Part shown: positions 50,905-62,000 of the stretch, in pieces
How the letters are laid out: every line of letters starts with the position of its first letter
How positions within the stretch are numbered: position 1 is the first letter of the stretch
Assembly: GCA_965140415.1 (NCBI GenBank)
Contig: OZ223209.1
Span: forward strand, 3,200,001-3,264,000
DNA length: 64,000 nt
Direction of reading: 5' to 3'
Origin: Myxococcota bacterium
GTDB lineage: Bacteria; Myxococcota_A; SURF-8
Notes under the pieces: model-generated
Seen by the model: only the letters and a program-made list of their open reading frames with translations
Told to the model about the DNA's origin: nothing
Databases searched by the model: none
Position numbers and translations under genes: made by a program

Positions 50905-52080
50905 ATGTCTTTCTCTTTCACTGCAAACGATCAACGTGAATTGGCCAATTCGGTCCCCGTCGATCTTAAGCAAGCGAGTTTCCCTCAATATGGCCGTTAC
51001 CTGGACGATTTCAACCCAGGAGAGGTTTTCGCTCATCCGCGAGGTTTTACTTTTACCCGCAGTGCGATGATCGCATTCTCACGCACCTTCTTGCAGGCCA
51101 ATCCACTGTATCTAAACGTGGAATATGCCCGCGCGCTGGGCTTTGGCGATCTTCCGGCTTCGCCGCAGATGGTATTCAATGTCGTCCTGTCTTTGGGCGT
51201 GCAAAACGACTCAGAAAAGGCCATGGCGAATCTGGGTTACTATCAGGTCCAATTCCTGCGGCCTGTCTACCCCAACGACACTCTAACCGCCATGACGCAG
51301 GTTGTAGAGCGCAAAGAGCGCGGTGAAGACAAGCCCGGCATCGTGAAAATCCGAACGCTGGGCCTCAACCAGGATGGACAGGTTGTCTTGCAGTACGAAC
51401 GCAAGATCATGGTTCCCTGGCGCGGCAATCGCCCCGGCACAAGTCAGCCAAAGGCAGAATCGGTGCAATTCCCATGGGTCGAGCGAGCGTCCATCGAGTT
51501 ACCTCTGGCTGCTTCAGGTTCTCATGAACAGCTTACTGGAGAGACATACTACGAAGATTTTTCGGTGGGCGACATTATCGTACATCCAAACGGGCGCACG
51601 ATTACCGACGAGCACCTGGCGCTGACCTATCTTACCGGCAATACGCATCCGCTGCATTTCGACAGTGTGTACAGCCAGGGATTGAACGGAAAAATGAGTG
51701 GCACTCCGATTGTCTATGGCGGGCTGGTTTTCGCCTGGCTCGATGGTCTGGCCAGTCGCGACATCGGAGAAAACGCCCTCTGGGAGCTCGGCTTCACCGA
51801 GGGCTACCACACGCAACCTGCCGTCAGTGGCGACACGGTCTATGCGATTTCCCGCATTCTGGCGAAAGAAGATCTGGATGATTCGAACGGAATTCACGCC
51901 GGAATCGTAACGGCACAACTGATCGGCGTGAAGAACATCAGTGGAAAAAATGCGCTGGAAAGCTTTGGAGAAGGTCTCTTTTTAAAAGAAAACAACAAGA
52001 AGAAGCTGGGTAAAGACAAGATTCCGCAAAAGATTTTTGAGATCGAGCGCAGACTGCTTCTTTTAAAACGCCCTCTATAA
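50905..52080 (+). CDS. mch: Mesaconyl-CoA hydratase (double MaoC)
   Basis: GRYLDDF, ANLGY, NTHPLHF, VYGG; operon context. Confidence 0.8.
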   Translation: MSFSFTANDQRELANSVPVDLKQASFPQYGRYLDDFNPGEVFAHPRGFTFTRSAMIAFSRTFLQANPLYLNVEYARALGFGDLPASPQMVFNVVLSLGVQNDSEKAMANLGYYQVQFLRPVYPNDTLTAMTQVVERKERGEDKPGIVKIRTLGLNQDGQVVLQYERKIMVPWRGNRPGTSQPKAESVQFPWVERASIELPLAASGSHEQLTGETYYEDFSVGDIIVHPNGRTITDEHLALTYLTGNTHPLHFDSVYSQGLNGKMSGTPIVYGGLVFAWLDGLASRDIGENALWELGFTEGYHTQPAVSGDTVYAISRILAKEDLDDSNGIHAGIVTAQLIGVKNISGKNALESFGEGLFLKENNKKKLGKDKIPQKIFEIERRLLLLKRPL

Positions 52081-52088
52081 AGGAAACG

Positions 52089-54116
52089 ATGATGGCAGAC
52101 TCGCCCTCCAGCAGCAAACGCGACCGCCCCTGGCTGATGCGAACCTATTCAGGTCACTCTTCTGCACGTGCATCCAACGAGTTGTATCGCACCAATTTAA
52201 GCAAGGGACAAACCGGCCTGTCCGTTGCTTTCGATCTGCCGACCCAGACCGGCTACGATGCCGATCATCCGCTTTCAAAGGGTGAAGTAGGCAAAGTCGG
52301 CGTACCGATCGCTCATATCGGCGATATGGACATCCTGTTCGACCAGATCCCCCTGGATAAGATGAACACGTCGATGACCATCAACGCAACGGCAGCCTGG
52401 CTGTTGGCCATGTACGTCGCCCTTGCGGAGCAGCGGGGCATCGATCCCAAAGAGTTGCGTGGCACGACCCAGAACGACATCATCAAGGAATATCTGTCCA
52501 GAGGAACTCATATCTTTCCGCCGCAGCCTTCCATGCGCTTAACGGTGGATACAATCAATTATGCCGTCTCCAATCTTCCGCATTGGAATCCGATCAACAT
52601 TTGCAGCTATCATTTGCAGGAAGCCAGCGCGACGCCGGAACAGGAACTGGCCTATGCGCTCTCCGCAGCGATTACCGTGCTGGATTCCGTGAAAGCATCC
52701 GGCCAGATCTCCGATCAGGATTTTCCGAAGGTCGTGGGTCGCATCAGCTTTTTCGTCAATGCCGGAATCCGCTTCATCGAAGAAGCGTGCAAGATGCGCG
52801 CATTCACGGAAATGTGGGACACGATTACAAAAGAACGCTACGGCGTGGCAGATCCCAAACTGCGTCGCTTTCGATACGGCGTACAGGTCAATTCACTGGG
52901 CTTGACCGAATCGCAGCCGGAGAACAACGTCCAGCGGATCGTACTGGAAATGCTGTCCGTCGTCTTAGGCAAAAACGCCAGGGCGCGCGCCATTCAACTG
53001 CCCGCCTGGAACGAAGCCTTGGGACTGCCTCGCCCCTGGGATCAGCAGTGGTCCCTGCGCATTCAACAGATTATGGCCTATGAGACCGACCTGCTTGAAT
53101 ACGGAGATATTCTTTCCGGTTCACCCGTCATCGAACGGAAAACCCATACTTTGATCAGCGGTGCCCACAAAGAAATGGCCGAGATCGAAAAGCAGGGAGG
53201 CATGCTGAACGCCGTTGAAAACGGTTATGTAAAACGACGCCTTGTAACCAGTCATTCCGAGCGTTTGCGCGCCATTGAATCCGGCGAACGGGTTGTGGTT
53301 GGCGTCAATCGTTTCAAAGAAACGGCGGATTCGCCATTGGTCGCCGGTTCAGACAGCGGCATCATGACTGTAGACGCCCGTGTGGAGCGCGAACAGATCG
53401 AACGGCTGCAAGCTCACCGGGCGCGTCGTAACCAGGCGGAAGTCGAAGCCGCCCTCGCTCAACTGCGCGATGCGGCATTAACAAACGAAAATATCATGCC
53501 GGCCTCCATTCGTTGCGCCAAAGCCGGTGTCACCACCGGTGAGTGGGGAAACCTTCTGCGAGACATCTTCGGAGAATACCGACCGCCAACGGGAATCGAC
53601 ATCTCCATCCGCCAGATAGACCGAAGCGACAACGAGTTTCGTCTGCGAGATGCCGTACATCAAACTGGTGAAGAGTTGGGACGTCCGTTAAAGATCCTGG
53701 TTGGAAAACCGGGCTTGGACGGTCACAGCAACGGCGCGGAACAGATCGCGGTAAAGGCGCGTGACGTCGGTTTTGAAGTGGTTTACGAAGGCATTCGCCT
53801 GACGCCGGAACAGATTGCCAAAGCCGCCTTGGAAGAAGGCGTGCACCTGGTCGGCTTGTCGGTTCTCTCCGGCAGCCACTGCGAACTGGTAGGCGAAACG
53901 ATGGGTCAGCTACGAACCGCAGGATTGGAAAATCTTCCGGTCGTGGCAGGCGGCATCATTCCTCCTGCCGATGAGCAGTATCTGAAAGAACTAGGCGTTG
54001 CTTCAGTTTACACGCCCAAAGATGCGGATCTGAATCGAATCATGGCGGATCTGATCGCCATCATTCGCAGCAGAAACAAGCTTGCGGCATTACCGGAACT
54101 CATTGAGAATCGATGA
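52089..54116 (+). CDS. ecm: Ethylmalonyl-CoA mutase (B12-dependent)
   Basis: RDRPWLMRTYSGHS, NICSYHLQE, RFRYGVQVNSLGLTE.QPENN, KPGLDGHSNGAEQIA. Confidence 0.95.
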   Translation: MMADSPSSSKRDRPWLMRTYSGHSSARASNELYRTNLSKGQTGLSVAFDLPTQTGYDADHPLSKGEVGKVGVPIAHIGDMDILFDQIPLDKMNTSMTINATAAWLLAMYVALAEQRGIDPKELRGTTQNDIIKEYLSRGTHIFPPQPSMRLTVDTINYAVSNLPHWNPINICSYHLQEASATPEQELAYALSAAITVLDSVKASGQISDQDFPKVVGRISFFVNAGIRFIEEACKMRAFTEMWDTITKERYGVADPKLRRFRYGVQVNSLGLTESQPENNVQRIVLEMLSVVLGKNARARAIQLPAWNEALGLPRPWDQQWSLRIQQIMAYETDLLEYGDILSGSPVIERKTHTLISGAHKEMAEIEKQGGMLNAVENGYVKRRLVTSHSERLRAIESGERVVVGVNRFKETADSPLVAGSDSGIMTVDARVEREQIERLQAHRARRNQAEVEAALAQLRDAALTNENIMPASIRCAKAGVTTGEWGNLLRDIFGEYRPPTGIDISIRQIDRSDNEFRLRDAVHQTGEELGRPLKILVGKPGLDGHSNGAEQIAVKARDVGFEVVYEGIRLTPEQIAKAALEEGVHLVGLSVLSGSHCELVGETMGQLRTAGLENLPVVAGGIIPPADEQYLKELGVASVYTPKDADLNRIMADLIAIIRSRNKLAALPELIENR

Positions 54117-55174
54117 TGATGACAGGCATCGACAGTTCGTCCGACATTTCCACATTGGCCGTTCGCATCCAGCAAGGCGACCGGATCGCAATTGCCAATG
54201 CGTTGAACCTGATGGACGACCGACGTGCCAGTTCCCAAGACCGCGCGTCGATTTTGCTGGATTCACTAATCAACTCAGAATACGAAAATGACCGCCACCT
54301 GATCGGATTGACCGGCCCACCCGGAGTCGGCAAATCGACTTTAAGCTCCGCGTTGATTGCAGCCTGGCGCAAGCAGGGGAAAACGGTCGGCGTGTTGGCG
54401 GTCGATCCTTCCAGTTCCGTAACGGGCGGGGCGCTGCTCGGCGATCGACTACGCATGATGGCGGGCAAATCCGATACCGGCGTTTTCATTCGCTCCCTGG
54501 CGGGACGTGGCGAACATGGAGGTCTGGCCGCTGAAATCTGGCCGATGAGTCAAGTGCTTATGGCCGCGTTCGATCGCATCTTGATCGAAACCATCGGTGT
54601 CGGTCAATCCGAAATCGATGTTGCCACGATCGCCGACACGACCTGTTTCGTAGCGCAACCGGCAGCAGGCGACAGCATCCAGTTTTTAAAAGCGGGAGTC
54701 ATGGAAATCCCGCACATTCTACTCGTCAACAAATCGGACCTTGGAAAAATTGCGGAACAAACCCAAGTGGAATTGCAACGCGCCCTGCCTTCTTTTGAAG
54801 ATTCCGTATCCCTGCGTTGGCGCTCTCAGATCCAATCTGTCAGTGCGCTTACCGGAGCGGCCATTCCCGATCTGGTCGATCAGATCGAACGCCATCGACA
54901 CTGGCTGATCGATCACAACTTGTTACAAACCAGACGTAAAGAGTTTCAGATCGACTGGGTGCTAAAGCGCCTGCAATTGGAATTCGGCTCGTTTGGTATT
55001 GACCGACTTGGTGGAAAATCCAAAATTTCCAAAGCTCTGCTTCATTCCCAGGATTCTCCATTTTCCAGATACCGCATCTATCGACATCAATTGACTGCCG
55101 CCTTTTCGGCGGATGTCGGACAAAATTACAACCACAGCGAAAAGGACTTGAGTGATGACCAAAGATCTATATGA
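54113..55174 (+). CDS. meaB: MeaB/ArgK GTPase chaperone of the B12 mutase
   Basis: [42 protein letters not shown]. Confidence 0.93.
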   Translation: MMMTGIDSSSDISTLAVRIQQGDRIAIANALNLMDDRRASSQDRASILLDSLINSEYENDRHLIGLTGPPGVGKSTLSSALIAAWRKQGKTVGVLAVDPSSSVTGGALLGDRLRMMAGKSDTGVFIRSLAGRGEHGGLAAEIWPMSQVLMAAFDRILIETIGVGQSEIDVATIADTTCFVAQPAAGDSIQFLKAGVMEIPHILLVNKSDLGKIAEQTQVELQRALPSFEDSVSLRWRSQIQSVSALTGAAIPDLVDQIERHRHWLIDHNLLQTRRKEFQIDWVLKRLQLEFGSFGIDRLGGKSKISKALLHSQDSPFSRYRIYRHQLTAAFSADVGQNYNHSEKDLSDDQRSI

Positions 55175-56936
55175 CATCGGTGAAGCTCCCCCATTAGGAA
55201 TCGTCCCCCCAAAAATGCACGCATGGCTGATACGCGAGGAACGATTCGGCGAACCGATGAAAAGTTTTCAGAAAGAAGTCGTAGACGTACCTGAAATCAA
55301 GGACGATGAAGTCCTGGTTTACGTCATGGCGGCGGGAGTCAATTACAATAACGTCTGGTCCGCCCTGGGTACGCCGGTCAACGTCATTCAAGCCCGCCAG
55401 AAGCAGGGAGAAAAGGAAGACTTCCACATCGGCGGCAGCGACGCCAGCGGCATCGTGTACAAAACGGGGAAAAGCGTCACCAATGTCAAAGTCGGCGACG
55501 AAGTGGTGATCCACTGCGGCAGTTGGAGCCAGGATTGTCCCATGGTGCAGCGCGGCGAAGACCCGATGTTCAGCCCGACGTTCCGAATCTGGGGCTATGA
55601 AACCAACTACGGCAGTTTCGCTCAGTTCACTCGCGTTCAGGGACACCAGTGCCTGCCCAAGCCCAAGCATCTAAGCTGGGAAGCGGCTGCCAGCTACATG
55701 CTGGTAGGGGCTACGGCCTATCGTATGTTCCTTGGATTAGGCGACAAGTCATTGAAAAAAGACGACGTGACCCTGATCTGGGGCGGTGCGGGCGGCTTGG
55801 GTTCCATGGCCATTCAAATTGCAAAAGCCGTCGGAGCGATCCCGATTGCAGTCGTCTCCAACGACAACAAATTCGAATATTGCGAAAGCCTGGGGGCGAA
55901 AGGCTGCATCAACCGCACGCATTTCGACCATTGGGGAATGCTGCCCCACTGGAAAGACACCGCAGGCTATGCCAAGTGGTTCAAGGGCGTTCGGAAATTC
56001 GGCAAAGCGCTTTGGGATGTGCTGGGAGAGAAACGCGCACCGCGAATCGTCTTCGAGCATCCCGGAGAGGCGACCATCCCGACATCCCTTTTCGTAGCGG
56101 AGACCGGCGGCATTGTGGTGATCTGCGCAGGAACCACCGGTTACAACGCCACCGTGGATCTTCGCTATCTCTGGATGCGCCAGAAGCGCGTACAGGGTTC
56201 GCATTTCGCCAACGATGTGCAGGCGGACGGATTTAATCGCCTGGTGATCGAAGGCCTGGTCGATCCCTGCCTGTCGAAGTCGTTTACCTACAATGAGTTG
56301 CCGCTTTCTCACCAATTGATGTACGAAAACAAGCACCCGCACGGCAACATGGGCGTGCTTGTCGGCGCGACGGAATTCGGCCTGGGAATTTCGGAAAAGA
56401 CACCTCATCCATCGCCATTCTTCGCTTTGTCAACGGACGATACCCACGACAAAGTCCCCCCGTATCCTCTTTCCACGCCGACTCCGAAATTCATTACGGA
56501 GCCGCTTGAAACGTTGGAACTGGAACTGGTTGACGACGGAACTCTGGTGCGCGATCTCATGCATCCGGGGCTTGTCACCTGCTCACCGAGCGATTCGGTG
56601 AAAGAGGTCGCGACCCGCATGGTTGAAAACGATATCCATGCCGTGGTTGTCGTTTACGATGCGGAACCGGTGGGCGTGGTCTCACAAACCGATATGGTGC
56701 TCGCCCGCCAGGGCCGCAGCGCCGATGCGGTGAAAGGATTGAAAGCCAGCGACATCATGACGCCCGGCTGCGTAACCTGTACGCTGGATACCTCTCTATC
56801 CGATGCCGTTTCCACCATGACCGGGCTGCGCATCCATCGTCTGATCGTGACCAGACAGGATCACGGACAAAATGTCCCCATCGGCGTGATTTCGATGACG
56901 GACATCATCCGCAAACTGGTGGTAGACGCCAACTGA
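55155..56936 (+). CDS. ccr: Crotonyl-CoA carboxylase/reductase fused to a C-terminal CBS pair
   Basis: [40 protein letters not shown]; then a linker and two CBS motifs. Confidence 0.93.
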   Translation: MTKDLYDIGEAPPLGIVPPKMHAWLIREERFGEPMKSFQKEVVDVPEIKDDEVLVYVMAAGVNYNNVWSALGTPVNVIQARQKQGEKEDFHIGGSDASGIVYKTGKSVTNVKVGDEVVIHCGSWSQDCPMVQRGEDPMFSPTFRIWGYETNYGSFAQFTRVQGHQCLPKPKHLSWEAAASYMLVGATAYRMFLGLGDKSLKKDDVTLIWGGAGGLGSMAIQIAKAVGAIPIAVVSNDNKFEYCESLGAKGCINRTHFDHWGMLPHWKDTAGYAKWFKGVRKFGKALWDVLGEKRAPRIVFEHPGEATIPTSLFVAETGGIVVICAGTTGYNATVDLRYLWMRQKRVQGSHFANDVQADGFNRLVIEGLVDPCLSKSFTYNELPLSHQLMYENKHPHGNMGVLVGATEFGLGISEKTPHPSPFFALSTDDTHDKVPPYPLSTPTPKFITEPLETLELELVDDGTLVRDLMHPGLVTCSPSDSVKEVATRMVENDIHAVVVVYDAEPVGVVSQTDMVLARQGRSADAVKGLKASDIMTPGCVTCTLDTSLSDAVSTMTGLRIHRLIVTRQDHGQNVPIGVISMTDIIRKLVVDAN

Positions 56937-56971
56937 GCAGAATTCCGTTGACGTTCAGTGACGATACGATT

Positions 56972-57000
56972 CCGCCCCGGTTATCCGGGGCGGTTTTTTT
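56972..57000 (+). terminator. Intrinsic terminator of the EMC operon
   Basis: CCGCCCCGG-TTAT-CCGGGGCGG-TTTTTTT. Confidence 0.9.
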
Positions 57001-57013
57001 ATTAAGTGAGCTA

Positions 57014-58987
57014 CTATTGAAGTTCTTCTACATGATGGGCGGGAACCGAAACGCCGTCGATGCTGCGCTCTTGCTCATCGGGATTGAAAGCGACCCGCGT
57101 TCCATCCGGCAAGCGCCAGATCAGCGGCAACACATGATGGTTGCTGTTCAGAATCGAATCCGATACCGAAGTTACCAGATAGTCCGGTGGTTCCGCAGGG
57201 AACAGATCTTCCGGCACCGAAGGTTCTCCGCTTAAGGACGCGGAAATAATTGTAGAAGTCAATCCCCAGCTACGGCGCGCTTCGTCCAGTTCGGGAAGAT
57301 TGTCGCTCAAGAACAAACCGCCTCCGCCAAAGGCCACCACCCAGGCGCCCATATCCACTTCATTTTGCGGCAGGGTGCGCAATAGAGGGGGATCGGGGTC
57401 GCATAGAGTGGCATAACACATCATATAGCGAGCCGAAACCGCACGGGCTTCATTGACGATGAAGTAGTAATTCGCGCCGGTCTGCTCGAAAGCGATATCC
57501 GGTCCCAGTCGCCAGGCATCGACATGTTCGAAGCTGGGTGTGGGAGGCGCGCCGACGGCCAGCAGAATCACCTCTTCTCCGGCAGCTTCACGAATAATCG
57601 ATAGCGCCTGATGGTACGCCTGCATCCCGGTGACATCCTGGCTGCGTCCGCCTTCATACGTTCCGGCGAACAGGAAATCGATTTTCAAGAAGTCATAGCC
57701 CCAGGAAACGATTTGCTGAATGAATCCCGCCAGATGAGCTGCGGCATCCGGTTGCGTAACATCCAGAATGCGCATATCGCCATGCATCGGATGCCCGAAG
57801 CTCGATCCGGTTACGAACCAGTCGGGATGCTCAGTAACCAGATCACTATCCGAATCGACCAGCAACGGAGCCAGCCAGACACCGATTTCAAAGCCCTGCT
57901 GATGCATGTCATCGGCCAGTCCATTCATGCCGGAAGGGAACTTCTCGTTGGGCGTCCATTCACCCCAGGCTTGCTGCCAGCCATCATCCACGACGATTCG
58001 CATTTTCTTATCGCTCGGGATCTGATCCTGTAAAATCGTTTTCGCGATAGCGGCATTGGCCTGAACGTCGGATTCCGTGACTTTGTCCCACAGTTCATAC
58101 CAGGAGTTCCAGCCCGCATCGGCTTTGGCTACAACGGTCTTTCTTCTACTGGGAAGCTCCCGCCCAAATGCTTCTTGTGTCGCGTGCAGATCCTTACCGA
58201 GCCAGATACGCCAGGATTCCGAAGTAACGGAATCCCCACTGTTCAACGAAATGGCCTCTCCGGTTGAACCATTGACCAGACGGACACCCACGGGATGCTC
58301 GGACGTCTCAGAATCGGTGTAGGCTTGCAACCAGGATTTGAAAAGCTGCGAGCTTACGGCTCCGGCAAACAGGCTGTATTCCCCGCCACCCACAGCCGTA
58401 TACCACCAGGAAAGTTCCTTACCGGATCGAACGGTCTCCGTGTTTCCGGTCGCCGCAAGCGCTTCATCCAATTCCTCTTCGGTCGGTTCGGCATTCAAGG
58501 CGATCATACCGCTTTGCGACCAGGATTGAAACCCGTTGGACAGCCATGCGCGAGCGCCGGGAAGCTTTACATGTCCTGTAAAAGAGAAGGCGTTGAGTGT
58601 AACCGCCTGCTCGGCACTGAAGCTCAAGGAGGCCAGTCCATCTTCGTAACTCAATAAAACTTTTCCGAAAGAATCGATGGCGCAGGAAAGCCCTTCATCC
58701 GTTTTCTCGCAGGAAGTGTCGGTTTGCACGTCGTACCACTGGCCATCCAGTTGAACGGCAGGCAGCATCAACCACTCCGCTTCTCCACAACCGACGGAAA
58801 GCGTCAAGCCCGTAGAATCCAGAGTCGCCTGCATCGTATCGCAAGTCGCTTCCGAATCCGTCTCCGACTCTCCGAATTCTTCGGAATCCAAATCACCATC
58901 TGCCACGGTTTCGTCCGAATCGCCACAACCATTGAGAACAAGCAGAACGAACAGAAAGAAAGCGACAACCATCGATTTGACACTCAT
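57014..58987 (-). CDS. GH36/GH27-clan alpha-galactosidase-like lipoprotein
   Basis: Lipobox LNGC; NGFQSWS, GWNSWY, VDDGWQ, GVWLAP, LKIDFL, RLGPD, DPD. Confidence 0.85.
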   Translation of the reverse strand: MSVKSMVVAFFLFVLLVLNGCGDSDETVADGDLDSEEFGESETDSEATCDTMQATLDSTGLTLSVGCGEAEWLMLPAVQLDGQWYDVQTDTSCEKTDEGLSCAIDSFGKVLLSYEDGLASLSFSAEQAVTLNAFSFTGHVKLPGARAWLSNGFQSWSQSGMIALNAEPTEEELDEALAATGNTETVRSGKELSWWYTAVGGGEYSLFAGAVSSQLFKSWLQAYTDSETSEHPVGVRLVNGSTGEAISLNSGDSVTSESWRIWLGKDLHATQEAFGRELPSRRKTVVAKADAGWNSWYELWDKVTESDVQANAAIAKTILQDQIPSDKKMRIVVDDGWQQAWGEWTPNEKFPSGMNGLADDMHQQGFEIGVWLAPLLVDSDSDLVTEHPDWFVTGSSFGHPMHGDMRILDVTQPDAAAHLAGFIQQIVSWGYDFLKIDFLFAGTYEGGRSQDVTGMQAYHQALSIIREAAGEEVILLAVGAPPTPSFEHVDAWRLGPDIAFEQTGANYYFIVNEARAVSARYMMCYATLCDPDPPLLRTLPQNEVDMGAWVVAFGGGGLFLSDNLPELDEARRSWGLTSTIISASLSGEPSVPEDLFPAEPPDYLVTSVSDSILNSNHHVLPLIWRLPDGTRVAFNPDEQERSIDGVSVPAHHVEELQ

Positions 58988-59015
58988 GAGCCCGCCTTTG
59001 CAAAAGAGTATGATC

Positions 59016-59045
59016 CGTGCAGACCGGATTAATCCGGTCTGCACG
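59016..59045. repeat. Perfect 30-bp palindrome
   Basis: CGTGCAGACCGGATT|AATCCGGTCTGCACG. Confidence 0.9.
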
Positions 59046-59095
59046 AGGTACGTTCATGTTTTCCCTAATAATACACTTTCGCGCGGACCGCAAGT

Positions 59096-62000
59096 TTAGG
59101 AGCGTCGGCGCATCTGTCTGCGGTGACGAAATACGATCATCCAGAAGAACAACAGCATCCAAATCGGCGGATTGGCGGGATTGGACTGGCACCCCATATC
59201 GTTCTCACAGCCACCGGGAATCGTCGGATCGATCGGACCACCATTGTCGCCGGAGCTTGAATCGCCATCACTGCTATACTCTTCATCCCCAGGCACGATC
59301 GAGTCGCCATCGACGTCCCCATCTGCAACCGCATCGGATTCGCTGTCGAATTCTACATCACCATCTTCTACCACATCGCCATCCACGGGACCGGGCTTGT
59401 CGATATCGCCATCGACCCAGGGCGTTTCCGAATCTCCGGTTTCGCCTTCAGAACTCTCCTGATCCAGATCACCGTCTACAATCGCCAGGATCTCGAAATG
59501 AACGACGTTGGAAGGAATTGATGTATTACCTGCCCCATCCATTGCGGTTGCGACCACAGCCTGTTCCCCTTGCTGCAAGTCCGATTCGGAAACACAAGAG
59601 AAATCGCCGGAAGCGGATGCTGCGACTGTACATAGCGCAGCGCTCTGGTCTTCCATCCAAACGGTCACGGAAGAAAGCGCTTCGGTTTGTCCGCTGAATG
59701 TCGGGCGCAGTTCCGTCAGTTGTGCGCCATCGGTTGGTGCTTCAATCACAGGTGCGTCTGGCGCGTGCGTATCAAGGTACAATAAGAGGCTTTGAGTCGT
59801 CTCGTTATCTCCGATATCGAGCACGGACAAGCTAGCGGTATACATTCCATCGGGTAGCGGAATGCTCATCGAATCGCGACCGGTCCAAACCTGCTCGATC
59901 TGATCCAGCTTTCCCTGCAACGTGAAACTCGACTCAAACTGCAAATCGTTGGAAACATCACGGATGTTCAATGTCGCCTCATGCAACTCCGAAGAGTCTT
60001 CCAGTTCCGCATGGAACGTGGTTGATTCTCGCAAAGGATTGAACGCCGTTGGTGTCGCGGTGAAACTCGAAATAACCGGATTAGTCAGATCCATATACAT
60101 GACGCCATCGGAAGAAGCGGGCAAGCTGCTGCGCCCGGTATCGTCGTAGGCTTTGACCTGGAAGGTATAGCTTCGGTTCAAAATCAGCGAAACCGGCACG
60201 ATGTAATCCGTAGCCAGTCCCGTATCGACCCAGGATACGATCCGGTTCCCCTGATCATCCAGCACCGAAGCCAGATAACCGCTGGCTCCGGTTACGTCAT
60301 CCCAACTGGCCGCCAGAGCATCCGGTGTTTCCGTGCTGTCGATATCCACGCTAGGATCGACCAGTTGATAATCGGCGCTAAGTTGCACGTCGCGTACTTC
60401 GCCGGGGGCGGAGAGATCCTCCTGGTCGATTAGATGAAGCTGGCCGTCGTCGGTGGCAACCAGAATTTCCAGTTCACCGTCCTGATCGACATCGGCGACC
60501 ACCGGCTCGGAAACCGTAACGGAAAACGGCAAAGCCCACAACAGCGTCTGATCGGAAAGCTGCATCGCCATCAGGAATCCGTCATCCGTTCCGAATATTA
60601 CATCTTCCTCGCCATTTCCATCGATATCGCATACCGTCAAGTTGCTCAAGGTGTTTCCATCGCCCGGATCGGACGCGCCCAGTTCGCCGTTACGTGGCCA
60701 CACACGCCCGGACCAGTCGGCTTGTCCATCCGGTCCGAAAGCCTGCAAGTATCCCATCGTGCTGCTTTTAATGAAACCAAGGCCATCAGGATGCGAATAC
60801 AGCGCCAGCCAGCGTTCCCAGACTTCGTCGGAATAATCGTGGGGAATCGTAAAACTCGGACTTTCAGTCAATAGTTCAAAAAGCTGAATGCCTTTATCCG
60901 CCTGGAAATTGACGATCAGCAGTTCCTGTTCGTCATCGTTGTCGAAATCCGCCAGAATATTGTCTTTGAGCCAGTGGGTGTCGTTCACGGAAGAAATCAG
61001 GCTGCCATCCAAACCATTGTAATACTCGATATTGTAGGTATCGTGAAAAATGACATCCTCCCGACCGTCGCCGGTGATATCCAGTAAATGCGCCCTGTAG
61101 GCTACCCAGCGATAATTCTGCGAGGTCGCCACATTCCAGATTTCGGTCCCATCGGTTCCATCTAGTGCCACCAGGCGCATGTCGGATTCCGCAGGCAGGC
61201 GCGTATCCGCAATCGTCACCACGGCATCTCTCACATCATCCAGGTTCACATCTCCGAAAGCGATGTCCTGCGGCGCACTGCCGTAACCGGTAAACTCTTT
61301 TGTCCAAATCGCCTCTCCCGCTTCGTCTAGCAGGTGAATTTTCGGGTTCACCGCGTCCAGAACATCTGCCGCCGGAATTTCCAGGTTTCCGTCTCCATTC
61401 AAATCGATCGTCATCGAAAACGGTGCGGTTTCGCCTCGATAAGCCCACAAGCGCTCTGGCGGTGTCAACGCGGTCGCGGTTGAAAGATTCAACACTTCGA
61501 ACTCTGTGCTGCTGCGTGTCACAATCAATTCCGAGTGACCGTCGTCATCGAGGTCAGCAACCAGAGGACTGCTTGAGAACGTCCCGCCCTGAAGGTGGGC
61601 CTGCTGGGACAGTGTATTCGATAAAATGTCCAAATAGCCACTGGACCGATAAATCGCCGTCTCGGAAAGCTCTCCCGGCTGGGAGAGTTCATTTCCCAGA
61701 GTCAACAGCACAATCGATTCGCCGTCCGGGATCGGCCAATCCGCGAGCACAATCGGGGATGCCAGATCCGAGCGCACGGCCCGCAGGTGATCGGCTAACC
61801 CGTCGTTATTTTGATCCAGCAGAAAATACAGATCCTGTTTCTGGTCGCCATTGACATCCTGGGCGGCGATTTGTAAGGAATAGTCCCAGACATTCTGATC
61901 CGGCTTATCCTGCGGTCGAACGTAAAAGGGTGCCGCATCGGCAATACTCCAGCGGAAAACGAAGGTCGTTCCCACCAGCGAATAGACCTCGATCGGTCCG

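Noticed and set aside
59017-59697. Opposite-strand ORFs both starting MQTGLIRSAR
   Set aside because: Artefact of the 30-bp palindrome; the plus-strand ORF is antisense to the FG-GAP gene
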